The notes: generated from the sequence alone by a model not told the origin. A stretch of 64,000 nucleotides of DNA from an uncultured delta proteobacterium (GCA_963745025.1 CAVUWD010000011.1:544001-608000); one strand, 5' to 3'. Positions 41,533 through 52,009 are shown, numbered from the stretch's first letter. Program-made: numbers and translations.

Positions 41533-41548
41533 AGCAACTGCCGTGCCG
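41533..41548 (-). promoter_or_regulatory. Sigma54 -24/-12 promoter
   Basis: CGGCACG-GCAG-TTGCT. Confidence 0.65.
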
Positions 41549-41600
41549 ATGCGCGAAGCCGCGAATGGCTTGCTTTTCGGTGCGTGCGGGGCACGGAAGT

Positions 41601-41636
41601 TGGGGCAGATCCCCCAGCCTTGGGGCAGATGCCCCG
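41601..41636. promoter_or_regulatory. Tandem putative activator sites, TGGGGCAGATCCCCCA and TGGGGCAGATGCCCCG
   Basis: Two palindromes 20 bp apart, upstream of the sigma54 promoter. Confidence 0.55.
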
Positions 41637-41662
41637 CCCGCGGTGTCAGTCGGCCTTGAATC

Positions 41663-41708
41663 GGATGTTTTGGATGTTTTGGATGTTTTGGATGATTTGG
41701 ACGTTTGG
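41663..41708 (+). repeat. 9-bp tandem repeat GGATGTTTT, about 5 copies
   Basis: Read directly. Confidence 0.8.
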
Positions 41709-41868
41709 TTGGAGGATCGCCCGGCCGACGCACCGACCGGAAGCGAGGCCGTCCTCGTTGTCGAACGTGAAGTGAATGCCCCCGTAAAGACGAGAGATGG
41801 CGGCTTCGGCGGCGGCCGCCTCGAAGGAACCGAAGCAAAGTGAACGGCCCGACCGCCACGGCGCCGCT

Positions 41869-43205
41869 TCAGAGCAGCGTGCCGCGAAAGATCACGCTCG
41901 CCACCGAAAAGTAGATGATGAGGCCCGTCACGTCGACGAGCGTGGCGACGAACGGCGCGCATGCGCTCGCGGGGTCGAAGCCGAGACGACGGAGAACGAA
42001 CGGCAGCAGCGAACCGGCGAGCGTGCCGAAGGTGACGACGCCGATGAGGCTTGCCGCCACGGTCATGCCGACCAACAGGTAGTGCTCTCCGTAGGAACCG
42101 AAGAGCCCGACCCAAGCGAGGATGCGCGCGAGGCCGATCGATCCGAGGATCGTTCCGAGCACTAGGCCTGCGAAGATCTCTCGCCGGATCACTCTCCACC
42201 AGTCTCGCAGGCGAACCTCGCCGAGCGCCATGGCTCGAATCACGAGCGTGGAGGCCTGAGAGCCGGAATTTCCGCCGCTGCTGATGATCAGCGGAACGAA
42301 CAATGCCAGCACCACGGCACGCTCGATCTCCTTCTCGAAGTATCCCATGGCGGTCGCCGTCAGCATCTCGCCGAGAAAGAGAGCGGAGAGCCATCCCGCG
42401 CGCTTGCGGACCATCGTCGGAAAGGCGACCTCCAGATACGGCCCGTCCAAGCGCTTCGGAGCCGCCGATTCGCTGGATCTCGCGCGTCGCCTCTTCCGCG
42501 ACGACGTGAACGATGTCGTCCGCGGTGATGATGCCCTGCATGCGGCCCTCGGCATCGACCACGGGAAGGGCGAGGAGCCCCGACAGTCGGAAGAGTTGGC
42601 CGACGTCGCCCTGGGGCGTCTGGTCGGTCACCGTGACGACGCCAGGCCGCATGATGTCACGCACGCGCTGGCCCGACGCCGAGTCGAACAGCTCTCGGAA
42701 GGAGACGACCCCGAGCAACCGTTGATCGGAGTCGAGCACGTAGCAGTAGTAGATCGTTTCGACCTGCTGGCGGCCCTGCTTTCTCAGGTATGCAATCGCC
42801 TCGTCGACCGTCATCTCGGGTCGCAGGCGAGCAAATCGGGTGTTCATCAAGCCGCCCGCTCGATCCTCGGCGTACGCGAGCAGCCCCTGCACCTCCTGGC
42901 GAGTCGGCTTCATCGAGAAGCGCGAGAAGCGGCTCGCGGGCCGGCTGCGGTGCGGCCTGAATGAGGTCTGCGGCATCGTCGGGGGGCAGGAGCCGCATCC
43001 ACGAGCGGCGGTCACCCTCCGGAAGATTCAAGACGATGGCTGCTTGGTCTGCCGCGCTCAGCGAAAAGAAGAAGTCTTCGGCCTCGTTTCTCGGGAGGAG
43101 CAGAAATCCTTCGACGCGCTCCGCATGCGAAAGAACGGGCCAGACCTCTCTCAGCTCCTCGGGCGAGAAGCGATCGTCGGCGGTTTTCGATTGCACCCCG
43201 GGCAT
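41869..43205 (-). CDS. mgtE: Magnesium transporter MgtE (frameshifts near 42915 and 42450)
   Basis: PDDAADL, CBS pair (AGGLMNT, GIITADD), [29 protein letters not shown]. Confidence 0.92.
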
Positions 43206-43256
43206 GAGGCCTCCTCCTTGCTCGATGGCTACGTCGACGGACTTCGGAACGGCCGC

Positions 43257-44597
43257 CTAGTCGATGCCGTAACGCTTGCGCTTGCGCCAGAGGGTCGTCG
43301 AGCTGATTCCCAGACGCGCCGCGGCCTCCTCGAGCGTCGCCGAATCCGCGAGCACTCGCTCGATGTGGCGTCGTTCGACTTGTTCCAAGGGAATGCTTCC
43401 GTCGTCGGGGCGGGGCTCCGCCTCTTCGCGCGACGCCGGCGCGTGCAGGCGATCGGGTAAGTCGTCGACACGCAGGAGATCGCCGCGGCAGACGACCACG
43501 GCGTGCTCGAGCACGTTGACGAGCTCGCGCACGTTGCCGGGCCAGCGGTAGCGGGCGAGCACCGCCTCCGCTTCTGGATCCAGTTCGAGCGCCGGGCGCC
43601 CGTAGCGCGCGGCGTGCATGTCCAGAATGTGGCGCGCCAGCGCGGGAAGGTCTTCGAGACGCTCACGCAGCGCCGGCAGCTCGATACGCAGTACGTTCAA
43701 GCGATAGAACAGGTCTTCGCGAAAGGCGGCGCGCCTCACCTCGGCTTCGAGGTCGCGGTTGGTGGCGGCGACGATTCGTGCGTCGATCTCGATCGTGGTC
43801 GCGCCTCCGACGCGCTCGAATCGGCGCTCGTCGAGAAAGCGCAGGAGCTTCGCCTGCAGAGCTGCCGAGAGCTCGCCGATCTCGTCGAGGAAGACCGTCC
43901 CGCCGGCTGCGGCTTCGAGGCGGCCGGATTTGTCCTTCCAGGCGCCGGTGAAGGCGCCCTTGACGTGCCCGAAGAGCTCGCTCTCGAGCAGATGCTCGCT
44001 CAGCGTGGTGCAAGCGATCGCCACGAAGGGACCGCTCGCGCGCGCGCTCCAATCGTGCACCGCGCGCGCCAGCACGCCCTTGCCCGTGCCGCTCTCGCCG
44101 GTCAACAGCAGGGTCGCGTTCGAGGCGGCGGCCTGTTGAGCGGTGTCGATCACCCGCTTCATCTTCGCGTTCCGCGATTCGAGAAGCACGGGTCGATCGA
44201 GGGCGCTCCGCAGTACGCGGTTTTCGCGACGGAGCGAAAGCACCTCGAGAATTCGATCGAGCGTCAGGCCGACCTCCTCGACGGAGAATGGCTTGACCAG
44301 GTAATCGTATGCCCCCGCTCGCATCGCCTCGACGGCCTGTGCGATGGTCGCGTAGGCCGTCATCAGTACGACGACGACCTCCGGCCAGCGACTGCGGATT
44401 TCACGCAGCAGCGCGAGACCATCGAGTCCGGCCATGCGGACATCGGAGAACACGACGTCGACGTTGCCGCGGCGGAGGATCTCGAGCGCCGCCGCACCGT
44501 CGGCGGCGACCTCGGTCGCGTGTCCGCGGGCGCGCACGTAGCTCGCGAAGATCGTTCGGATGTTCTTCTCGTCGTCAACGACCAGGATCGACGCCAT
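43257..44597 (-). CDS. Sigma54-dependent response regulator (AlgB/ZraR-like), likely cognate of KdpD
   Basis: REC domain, GESGTGKG, GAFTGA, TLWRKRKRYGI; starts 2 bp after the kdpD stop. Confidence 0.93.
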   Translation of the reverse strand: MASILVVDDEKNIRTIFASYVRARGHATEVAADGAAALEILRRGNVDVVFSDVRMAGLDGLALLREIRSRWPEVVVVLMTAYATIAQAVEAMRAGAYDYLVKPFSVEEVGLTLDRILEVLSLRRENRVLRSALDRPVLLESRNAKMKRVIDTAQQAAASNATLLLTGESGTGKGVLARAVHDWSARASGPFVAIACTTLSEHLLESELFGHVKGAFTGAWKDKSGRLEAAAGGTVFLDEIGELSAALQAKLLRFLDERRFERVGGATTIEIDARIVAATNRDLEAEVRRAAFREDLFYRLNVLRIELPALRERLEDLPALARHILDMHAARYGRPALELDPEAEAVLARYRWPGNVRELVNVLEHAVVVCRGDLLRVDDLPDRLHAPASREEAEPRPDDGSIPLEQVERRHIERVLADSATLEEAAARLGISSTTLWRKRKRYGID

Positions 44598-44599
44598 CG

Positions 44600-47500
44600 T
44601 TATGCTCGCGGCAGCTCCAGCGTGAACCGCGTTCCCTTGCCGGCCGCGCTGTCGAGGTGGATGCGTCCCCCGTGCGCTTGCACGACGTCGCGAACGATCG
44701 CAAGCCCGAGACCGGCCGCGCCCGTCTCGCCGCCGCTTGCCGATTGGGCGAAGCGCTCGAAGATCTTGTCCTGCTGCTCGGCGGGGATGCCCGGTCCGGT
44801 GTCGCTGACCGAGACGAGTACCGCGCCGTCCTTCGATTCCGTGGCGACGCGAACCGATCCCCCGGCCGGTGTGTAGCGGATCGCATTGGCGATCAAGTTC
44901 GAGAGGGCCCAGGTGAGCTTGATCTCGTCGCCGGGAATCGTCTCGTGATCGACCCCAGGGCTTTCGAGCGCAACGCCTTTCTCGCTCGCCTGCATCGCGA
45001 AGAGCTTCACGACCCGCTGGATGACCGCCTGGAGCTCCACGGGCTTGCGCTCGACCGCGATCGTCATGGCGCGCGAGCGGGCGAGGTCGAGGAACCGCTG
45101 CGACACGTCGGCGAGCCGTTGCACGTCCTCGTTGGCGATGTCCAGGAAGGGCCTGAGCTCCGGATCGACCTTGTCGGCCCGCTGCGTGAGCATCTCGACG
45201 GCCATGCGCAGCGAGGTGAGCGGGGTGCCGAGCTCGTGCGAAAGCGTCGCGACGAGCATCTCGCGCCGGCGCTCCTGATCGCGAACGTAGGTGATGTCCT
45301 GGAGCGCGAGAATGACTCCGGCCGAAGTGCCGTCGCGCGTGTAGAACGGCGTCGGACGCAGCACGTAGAAATGGTCGCGCCCGCGTAAGAACAGCGAGAT
45401 CTCCAATCGTTCCCGCTCCTGCTTCGGATGCTCGAGGAAGTCACGAACGGCTTCGCGAAGGCGGAGATAGTGAGTGTGGCGCGCCTCGAGATTCTCGAAA
45501 CGCCGCCCGACGACCTCCGCGCGGTCCATCTCGAGGATCGCGCAAGCGACCTCGTTCACATGAATGACGATGCCGGAGGGATCGAGTACGATGATGCCGT
45601 CCTCGCTCGCCTCGATGATCTGCTCGGTCTTGGCCTGCTCCTCGAGAACCACGTCGATGCGGCAGCGCTCGATCGCGATGGCCGCCTGGCGAGCGACGGA
45701 CTGGAGGAGCTCTCGCTGCTCGATGGAAAGCATACCGCGGTCTTTCGGCGTACGCACGCCGACCACGCCGACCACTCCGCGTGCCGTGGCGAGCGGCACG
45801 TAGAACCATTCTCCTCCCGGAAGCGTCTCGGTTCCGGGTCCGGCCTCCTCGTTGTGGCGCCAGACCCACGTGGCCGCGGCCATTTCCGCATCGCTCGGCG
45901 AAATCGAAGCCGGGTGGCTGGCACGCAGCACCAGCCGATCGGCGTCCACACCGAGGACGACGACGTCCCCGGCGAGGAGCTCGGTCACCTGGCGGACGAC
46001 GACCGGGATCAAGTCCTCCAGTCCGCCCGCGCCCGCGAGCTGGCGGCTGAACTCGTACAGCGCGTTGGTTCGCGCCTCGCGCTGCTGCGCGGCTTCCGCC
46101 TGGTCGCGGACGCGGGCGGTCAGTTGGCTCGTGAGGATGCCGACGATCAAGTAGACGATCAGCGAGATCACGTCCTGGGGCTTGGTGACCGTAAACGTGT
46201 AGATCGGTTGGACGAAGAAGAAGTCGTAGACGAGGAGACCGAGGATCGAGGCGAAGATCGAGGGGATGAGCCCCCCGACGACTGCCGTGACGAGGACCGC
46301 CGTGAGAAAAAGCATCGACGGGTCCGGCAGGTGGACCAGCCACTGCAGTACCTTGGCGAGCAGCCCGGCAGCGCCGACCATGGTCAACGCCACGAGGTAC
46401 TGGAGCGGTGAGCCCGGGCGGAGAAGAAGCGGACGGCGGCTCGGCAGAAGCCCCTTCAGGCCCTGCGTGGCGCTGATCACGCGGACCTCGATGTCGCCGC
46501 TCCGGCGAATGATTTCGGGGATCGGCGACCGTGACAAGAGGCGCCGCCACCACGGCAGCAACGACTTTCCGAGCAGGATCTCGGTGACGTTCCGCTGCCG
46601 CGCGTAGCGGATGATCTCCGTGGCGACGTCCTGTCCGGGGATCGTCACCGCTTCGGCGCCGAGCTGCTCCGCCAGGCGCAACGCTCGTCCCACTCGCTCG
46701 CGATCCTCGTCCGGGCGGCGGTGGAACGAGGGCGTCTCGACGAAGAGGGCGATCCACTCGGCGCGGCGGCGCGCCGCGATCCTCCGCGCCGCACGCACGA
46801 GACGTGTGGCGAGCGGCCCCTCGCTGATGCAAACCATGACCCGCTCGCTGACTGCCCACGTGCCGGCGACGGCGTGCGCCTGCATGTAGGCCTGCACCTC
46901 GTCGTCGACGCGCTCCGCCGCGTGGCGCAGCGCCAGCTCGCGCAGTGCGGTCAGGTTGCCGGGGCGGAAATAGTTGTCGATGGCCCGTTCAACCTGCGGC
47001 GGGACATACACCTTCCCCTCTCGCAGTCGCTGGATGAGGTCTTCGGGGGGAAGGTCGATCAGCTTGATCTCGTCGGCGCGCTCGAGGATGCCGTCGGGCA
47101 CCGTCTCGCGGATGCGCACGCCGGTGATCTGCGCGACGACGTCGTTCAGGCTCTCGAGATGTTGAATGTTGACCGTCGAGTAGACGTCGATGCCGGCCTC
47201 GAGGATCTCCTCGACGTCGGAGTAGCGCTTGGGGTGGCGGCTGCCGGGAACGTTGGTGTGGGCGAGCTCGTCGACGAGGACGATCTGCGGGCAGCGCGCG
47301 AGGATCGCGTCGAGGTCCATCTCCTCGAGCGTCCGGCCGCGGTAGTCGACGCGCTTGCGGGGAATGACCTCGAGGTCCTTGATCAGCGCCTCGGTCTCTT
47401 TCCGCCCGTGGGTCTCGACGACGCCGACCACGACGTCCGCGCCCTGCCGCTTGCGCTCCCACGCCGCCTCGAGCATGGCGTAGGTCTTGCCGACGCCGGG

Positions 47501-47608
47501 GGCCGCGCCGAGGAAGATCTTCAGTCGGCTGCGCTCGGCGCGCTCGGCTTCCTTGAGAAGGGCTTCGGGCGAAGGCCTCTTGTCGCTCGCCTGTTCGAGG
47601 TTAGCCAC
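44600..47608 (-). CDS. kdpD: K+ sensor kinase KdpD with an extra PAS domain
   Basis: GAAPGVGKT, VDELAHTN, USP domain, 4 TM, GAF, PAS (DGIIVLD..VNEVAC), SHELGTPL, HATPase. Confidence 0.93.
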   Translation of the reverse strand: MANLEQASDKRPSPEALLKEAERAERSRLKIFLGAAPGVGKTYAMLEAAWERKRQGADVVVGVVETHGRKETEALIKDLEVIPRKRVDYRGRTLEEMDLDAILARCPQIVLVDELAHTNVPGSRHPKRYSDVEEILEAGIDVYSTVNIQHLESLNDVVAQITGVRIRETVPDGILERADEIKLIDLPPEDLIQRLREGKVYVPPQVERAIDNYFRPGNLTALRELALRHAAERVDDEVQAYMQAHAVAGTWAVSERVMVCISEGPLATRLVRAARRIAARRRAEWIALFVETPSFHRRPDEDRERVGRALRLAEQLGAEAVTIPGQDVATEIIRYARQRNVTEILLGKSLLPWWRRLLSRSPIPEIIRRSGDIEVRVISATQGLKGLLPSRRPLLLRPGSPLQYLVALTMVGAAGLLAKVLQWLVHLPDPSMLFLTAVLVTAVVGGLIPSIFASILGLLVYDFFFVQPIYTFTVTKPQDVISLIVYLIVGILTSQLTARVRDQAEAAQQREARTNALYEFSRQLAGAGGLEDLIPVVVRQVTELLAGDVVVLGVDADRLVLRASHPASISPSDAEMAAATWVWRHNEEAGPGTETLPGGEWFYVPLATARGVVGVVGVRTPKDRGMLSIEQRELLQSVARQAAIAIERCRIDVVLEEQAKTEQIIEASEDGIIVLDPSGIVIHVNEVACAILEMDRAEVVGRRFENLEARHTHYLRLREAVRDFLEHPKQERERLEISLFLRGRDHFYVLRPTPFYTRDGTSAGVILALQDITYVRDQERRREMLVATLSHELGTPLTSLRMAVEMLTQRADKVDPELRPFLDIANEDVQRLADVSQRFLDLARSRAMTIAVERKPVELQAVIQRVVKLFAMQASEKGVALESPGVDHETIPGDEIKLTWALSNLIANAIRYTPAGGSVRVATESKDGAVLVSVSDTGPGIPAEQQDKIFERFAQSASGGETGAAGLGLAIVRDVVQAHGGRIHLDSAAGKGTRFTLELPRA

Positions 47609-47824
47609 AGTCGGCGGAGGGTACCACCGGGCGACGTGGGCTCAAAGGGTGCCCGCCCAACCGCGCTCTTGAAGATCTGGAAGATCTGGATGTTGCCTTC
47701 GGTGCTGCAAACCTGCGGCGAAGGTCGGAGCGATCGTTCTGGCCGAGTCGTTCTCGGCGAAGCTGTCCTCGTCCGGTCGCCAGCTGACGCCGCTATGGAC
47801 GCCGAAGCTCCGGCTCGGGTTCGG

Positions 47825-48772
47825 TCACGGAAGCGTGGCGGGCCGCCCGAAGCGCCCGTAGTCCACGCCCGCCAGAGGCTCTGCCAGGATGGCCTGCTGC
47901 AGTGCGTCCAGAGCACCCTGGCAGAGAAGCATCACCTTACGCTTCTGACCCAGCGAGACGGCCACGGATCGAACGTTGGTGTTCTCGCGCGAAAGAGCGA
48001 GAATTTGCGTCTTTACCTTGCTGAACCGGGCGTAGCTCGATGAGGCCGTTTCGAGATCCGGGTCTCCGCTAACGTTCTGAAGCGCCGCGAGGCGATCTAG
48101 ATCGTTGTGCGCCTCCTGATCCTCCTTGGCCATCACCGCTTCGAGCTCGTCCATCTTCTTGTCGCTTTCTTCTGCGATGTGCGGTGCAAGCAGGACCTGT
48201 GTGCGGAGCGCGGCGGTCTCGGCACCGAAGGCAAGCAGCATGACGTTCCTGGCGTCTGGCCACGTGGCGCTCTTCGTCACGAGACGGGAGAGGGCGGTGT
48301 CCATTTCTTCGAGCGCTTCCGCGGCGGGGCCAAATGCCAGGCCGTAGGCCTTCAGGTTGCTGTTCCTGACCGCCAGGGCCAGCAGCTCGCCATCGATGCG
48401 TTGAAAGTCGGCGAAGGCTCGAGAAAATTGGCCAAGAAGATCCTTCTCGCCCTGGGTACCACCTGTGCTCAAGAGTTCTCCCAGTTCCTTGCGCCCGCGC
48501 TCGACTTCCGCTGTGGCGGCACGGGCCTGGTCGGCGTAGGTCTGCGAGTCTTGGTCGGCGAGGGCCATCACGGCGCTCTTTTCGGCTTCTGAGGCCGCGG
48601 CCAGGGCCGCGCGCATCCCCCCCACGACGTCGACCCTTCTGGCCTTGAAGGCAAGCTTTTCGGCGGGAGTCTGATCTTGGCGGAAGTATAGCGCCGACAA
48701 CGTGACCAGAAGGAGCATCATCGCTCCAGCGGTCATCCAAAGAAGGTCCCTGATGCCGGGCCTGATCTTCAC
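47825..48772 (-). CDS. Membrane-anchored four-helix-bundle (MCP 4HB-like) protein
   Basis: One N-terminal TM followed by two helical repeats ending LALAVRNSN / LALSRENTN; no signalling domain; start uncertain. Confidence 0.7.
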   Translation of the reverse strand: MKIRPGIRDLLWMTAGAMMLLLVTLSALYFRQDQTPAEKLAFKARRVDVVGGMRAALAAASEAEKSAVMALADQDSQTYADQARAATAEVERGRKELGELLSTGGTQGEKDLLGQFSRAFADFQRIDGELLALAVRNSNLKAYGLAFGPAAEALEEMDTALSRLVTKSATWPDARNVMLLAFGAETAALRTQVLLAPHIAEESDKKMDELEAVMAKEDQEAHNDLDRLAALQNVSGDPDLETASSSYARFSKVKTQILALSRENTNVRSVAVSLGQKRKVMLLCQGALDALQQAILAEPLAGVDYGRFGRPATLP

Positions 48773-48987
48773 AATGCCCTTTCCACCGACGTCGCCACGC
48801 TGACGTAAGCCCACGGAGAGCCACCGCGCGTACACCGGGTTATACGACGTGGGGCAGCTGCCAGACGTACATCTACCGAACGTTACGCGACAATCATGCG
48901 TCTACTCGGGCTATCCGCCGTCTCGGCAGGCCATGAAGATCACACTGGCTCGCCCCTCAGACAGGGGCACTTCGTATTCGAGGACTG

Positions 48988-49231
48988 CTCGCGCCGCACA
49001 TCGCAGAAGAAACGACAAGAAGATGGACCAGTTCGAAGCGCAGATGGCAAAGGAGGATCAGGAGGTCCGGAAGGATCTGGAAGAAGCAGACCCTCGCTCT
49101 CTCGCGCGAGAGCGCCAACGTCTGGTCCCTGCGATCTCACTGAAGCAGAAGCCCAAGGTGATGCTCGTCTGCCGGGACGCCCTCGCTACCCTGAGGCAGG
49201 CCATCCTCGACGAGCCGATCCCGGGCGGCGA

Positions 49232-49247
<16 letters not shown>
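48988..49247 (+). pseudogene. Inverted, internally deleted copy of the 3' part of the four-helix-bundle gene
   Basis: DKKMDQFEAQMAKEDQE and QAILDEPIPGGDYGRFG mirror DKKMDELEAVMAKEDQE and QAILAEPLAGVDYGRFG. Confidence 0.75.
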
Positions 49248-49541
<294 letters not shown>

Positions 49542-49563
49542 CGCGCTCTTCCTCTAAAGTAGC

Positions 49564-50802
49564 TCAGAACACGTAGCTCGCGGCGATCGACACCGTATCC
49601 TGCGAGCCCTTGAACAGCGGCGACGTGACGGTGTCCCCGGTGGTCGAATCGATGGTGGTGACCGTGCCGTTCTTCGCGAACACGCTCTCGTCCGAGCCGT
49701 CGTGGCGGTACTCCGCCCAGATGGTCAGTTTCTCGGTGAGAAAGTACTTGCCGGTGAACGTGACCTCCCAGAGCGTCTGGTCGGTGCCCGTGCGGAAGCC
49801 ACCCTGGTCGCGGAAGACCTCGCCGCGGAGGTAGGCGCCCGTGGGAAGGCCGATCAGATCCTTGAGGGTTGCCCCGACGATGCCGGAGAAGCCGTACCAC
49901 TCGGCGGTCCCGCCATTGATCGCCGCGGCGCCCTCGCTGCCGTAGTCGCCGTTGAGTGAGATCGTCACCGGATCGAGGGTGATCGTGGAGACCACGTCGG
50001 CGACTCCACGGGGGTGACTGCTGGTGTCGTTCTCCTCGGGCCCGAAGATGCCGTTGACGATGAGCGAGAAATGCTCGTTCGCGGTCCATGCCACGTTGCC
50101 CATGAACGTCTTGCCGTTGTTGTTGTCGGCGACGTTGTCCCAGCCGTTCACGACTCCCAGGTTCACTTGCAGGGCATCCGTGATGGGGTAGTTGAACATC
50201 AGACCTGTATTCGTGAAGGGGATCGCGTAGCCGAACAAGAACGATCGGCTGTAGTTCATGTTGGAAGGCGCCTCGATGACCTCCGCGCCGAGCAGCGTGA
50301 CGAATTTGCCGAACTTCGCCGAGAGCCCGTGAGACCAGTCGGGCGCGTAGTTGGCGTAGACCTCCTCGATCTCGAAATCGCCGGAATCGCCGGTGACGCC
50401 GGTGAACTGTCCGTTGCCAGTCCAGTCCGCGCCGATGCGGCTCGCGGTGTTTCCGACGTCGAGCTTCGTAAAGAACGACAGACCCCCAGGCCCCTTCTTG
50501 CCGATGCCGAGCTGGAACAGATCCACGCCGAAGGTGTTGTCCTGGTTGTCGAGCGAGCGCAGCGTGTTTTGGCGGTTGTCGGGTTCGTTGAAATTCCAGA
50601 GGTACGACGTGTAGAACATACCGCTCAATTGGAAGTCCGCGAGCGCGCCGAGCGACTTCTCGAGATCGCTCACTCGTTCGTCGATCGTCTTCGAAGGTTC
50701 CTTGGGCGCGTCTTCGGCGGCGCTCACTGCCTGTACCGCAATGGCGCCGCTCAGCAGCGCGGTGACCGCAAAGCCAACGATCAGTGGTCGCAACAATGTC
50801 AT
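49564..50802 (-). CDS. Outer-membrane porin (DUF1597/BBP2-like)
   Basis: Signal peptide, GKFVTLLGAEVIE, NYSRSFLFGYAIPF, VNGWD, AEYRHD, terminal Phe. Confidence 0.85.
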   Translation of the reverse strand: MTLLRPLIVGFAVTALLSGAIAVQAVSAAEDAPKEPSKTIDERVSDLEKSLGALADFQLSGMFYTSYLWNFNEPDNRQNTLRSLDNQDNTFGVDLFQLGIGKKGPGGLSFFTKLDVGNTASRIGADWTGNGQFTGVTGDSGDFEIEEVYANYAPDWSHGLSAKFGKFVTLLGAEVIEAPSNMNYSRSFLFGYAIPFTNTGLMFNYPITDALQVNLGVVNGWDNVADNNNGKTFMGNVAWTANEHFSLIVNGIFGPEENDTSSHPRGVADVVSTITLDPVTISLNGDYGSEGAAAINGGTAEWYGFSGIVGATLKDLIGLPTGAYLRGEVFRDQGGFRTGTDQTLWEVTFTGKYFLTEKLTIWAEYRHDGSDESVFAKNGTVTTIDSTTGDTVTSPLFKGSQDTVSIAASYVF

Positions 50803-50856
50803 CCTTTCTCCTGCTTGTGGGTGGAACCGAGACCCATCCCAGTCAGCCAGACTTGA

Positions 50857-50960
50857 CGCACATACCGTGCCAGAGGGATCCACAGGCGTTTTCTCTGCTT
50901 TGTCGTCCTGCGCGGCCGGGCGTTCCCCCAAAATGCAAGGACGCCTTGCAGATCGAAGGG
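50857..50960 (-). promoter_or_regulatory. Sigma54 promoter plus upstream activator sites for the porin
   Basis: TGGCACG-GTAT-GTGCG at 50857-50872; CTTGCAGATCGAAGG block at 50921-50960. Confidence 0.7.
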
Positions 50961-50998
50961 CGCGATGCGCCGCCTCAAGGAGCGTGTAAAGCCGCAGC

Positions 50999-51343
50999 CT
51001 ACGAGCGAAAGGACCCGGCGGGCGGATCGGAACACTGCGCTCTGCAGTGCCCAGAAGCGGCGAGAACAAAAATCATCCAACTGTTGCCGCCTTCCGTCTT
51101 GGCTGCGCGCTGAATGGTCGAGATCGCCTTCGGGACGAGCTCGTCGTCCACGACGACGTCGAGCTTCACTCTCGGCAGGAATTCGAGGGCGTAGGCCTCA
51201 CCGGGAGCAGACTCGGCGTAGGCCCCATCACGTGCGAAGCCCTTGACCTCGCTCACGGCGACCTCGCGCAGACGCATCGCTCCGAGGGCGTGTTTCACTT
51301 CCTCGAGCCTGGACGGCTTGATGATCGCCTCGATTCGCCTCAC
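50999..51343 (-). CDS. Divergent P-II family protein
   Basis: IEAIIKP..VSEVKGF..YALEFLPRVKLDVVV; B-loop and C-terminus degenerate; directly after kdpC. Confidence 0.7.
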   Translation of the reverse strand: MRRIEAIIKPSRLEEVKHALGAMRLREVAVSEVKGFARDGAYAESAPGEAYALEFLPRVKLDVVVDDELVPKAISTIQRAAKTEGGNSWMIFVLAASGHCRAQCSDPPAGSFRS

Positions 51344-51358
51344 GGACGCGCGATCGGT

Positions 51359-51988
51359 CTAGTTGCTGGAAGCGTTGCCCGCCGGCGGCGCCGAATGGAT
51401 CTCGGCAGGCGCGGAAGCAGTTGGACTCGCCTCGTCGAGCGCCAGGTTCAACTCGAGAACGTTGACCCGCGGGTCACCGAGAATTCCGAATTGGCGGCCT
51501 TCCACATGGGCGCGGAGGATTTCCCGCACTTTGTCCTCCGGGAGTTTGCGGGCCTTGGCCACGCGCGCGACTTGGAGCTCGGCCGCCGCCGGGCTGATGT
51601 GTGGATCGAGCCCGCTTCCCGAGGTGGTCACCAGATCCGCGGGGATCTTGGCACCGGGATTTTCACTGGCCAGCTGCTGCACGGCGTCGCCGACGCGCTT
51701 CTGGAGGCTCGCATCATTCGGGCCGAGGTTGGAGCCGCTCGAGGCGCCGGCGTCGTAGCCGTTGGCGCCGGCGGCCGAAGGGCGCGGGTGGAAGTAACCG
51801 TCGCCCGCGAAGTTTTGGCCGATCAGCTCCGATCCGATCACCTGATCGCCGTGGAGGATCAGGCTGCCGTTCGCCTGGTGGGGGAAGACGAGCTGGGCGA
51901 GACCCGTCATCGCCAGCGGATAGAGGATGCCGGTGATCACGGTGAGGATCAGGGTCATGAGGATCGCGGGACGGAGCTCGGAAAGCAT
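51359..51988 (-). CDS. kdpC: K+-transporting ATPase subunit C
   Basis: QANGSL, GSELIGQ, FHPRPSA, VTTSGSGLDPHIS, VNVLELNLALD. Confidence 0.96.
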   Translation of the reverse strand: MLSELRPAILMTLILTVITGILYPLAMTGLAQLVFPHQANGSLILHGDQVIGSELIGQNFAGDGYFHPRPSAAGANGYDAGASSGSNLGPNDASLQKRVGDAVQQLASENPGAKIPADLVTTSGSGLDPHISPAAAELQVARVAKARKLPEDKVREILRAHVEGRQFGILGDPRVNVLELNLALDEASPTASAPAEIHSAPPAGNASSN

Positions 51989-52009
51989 GTGGGTCACCTC
52001 TGCAGGCGC

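Noticed and set aside
41601-41708. Repeats considered as a CRISPR array (also 9451-9598 and 60581-60616)
   Set aside because: Units are too short, there is no regular unique-spacer structure, and no cas genes are present
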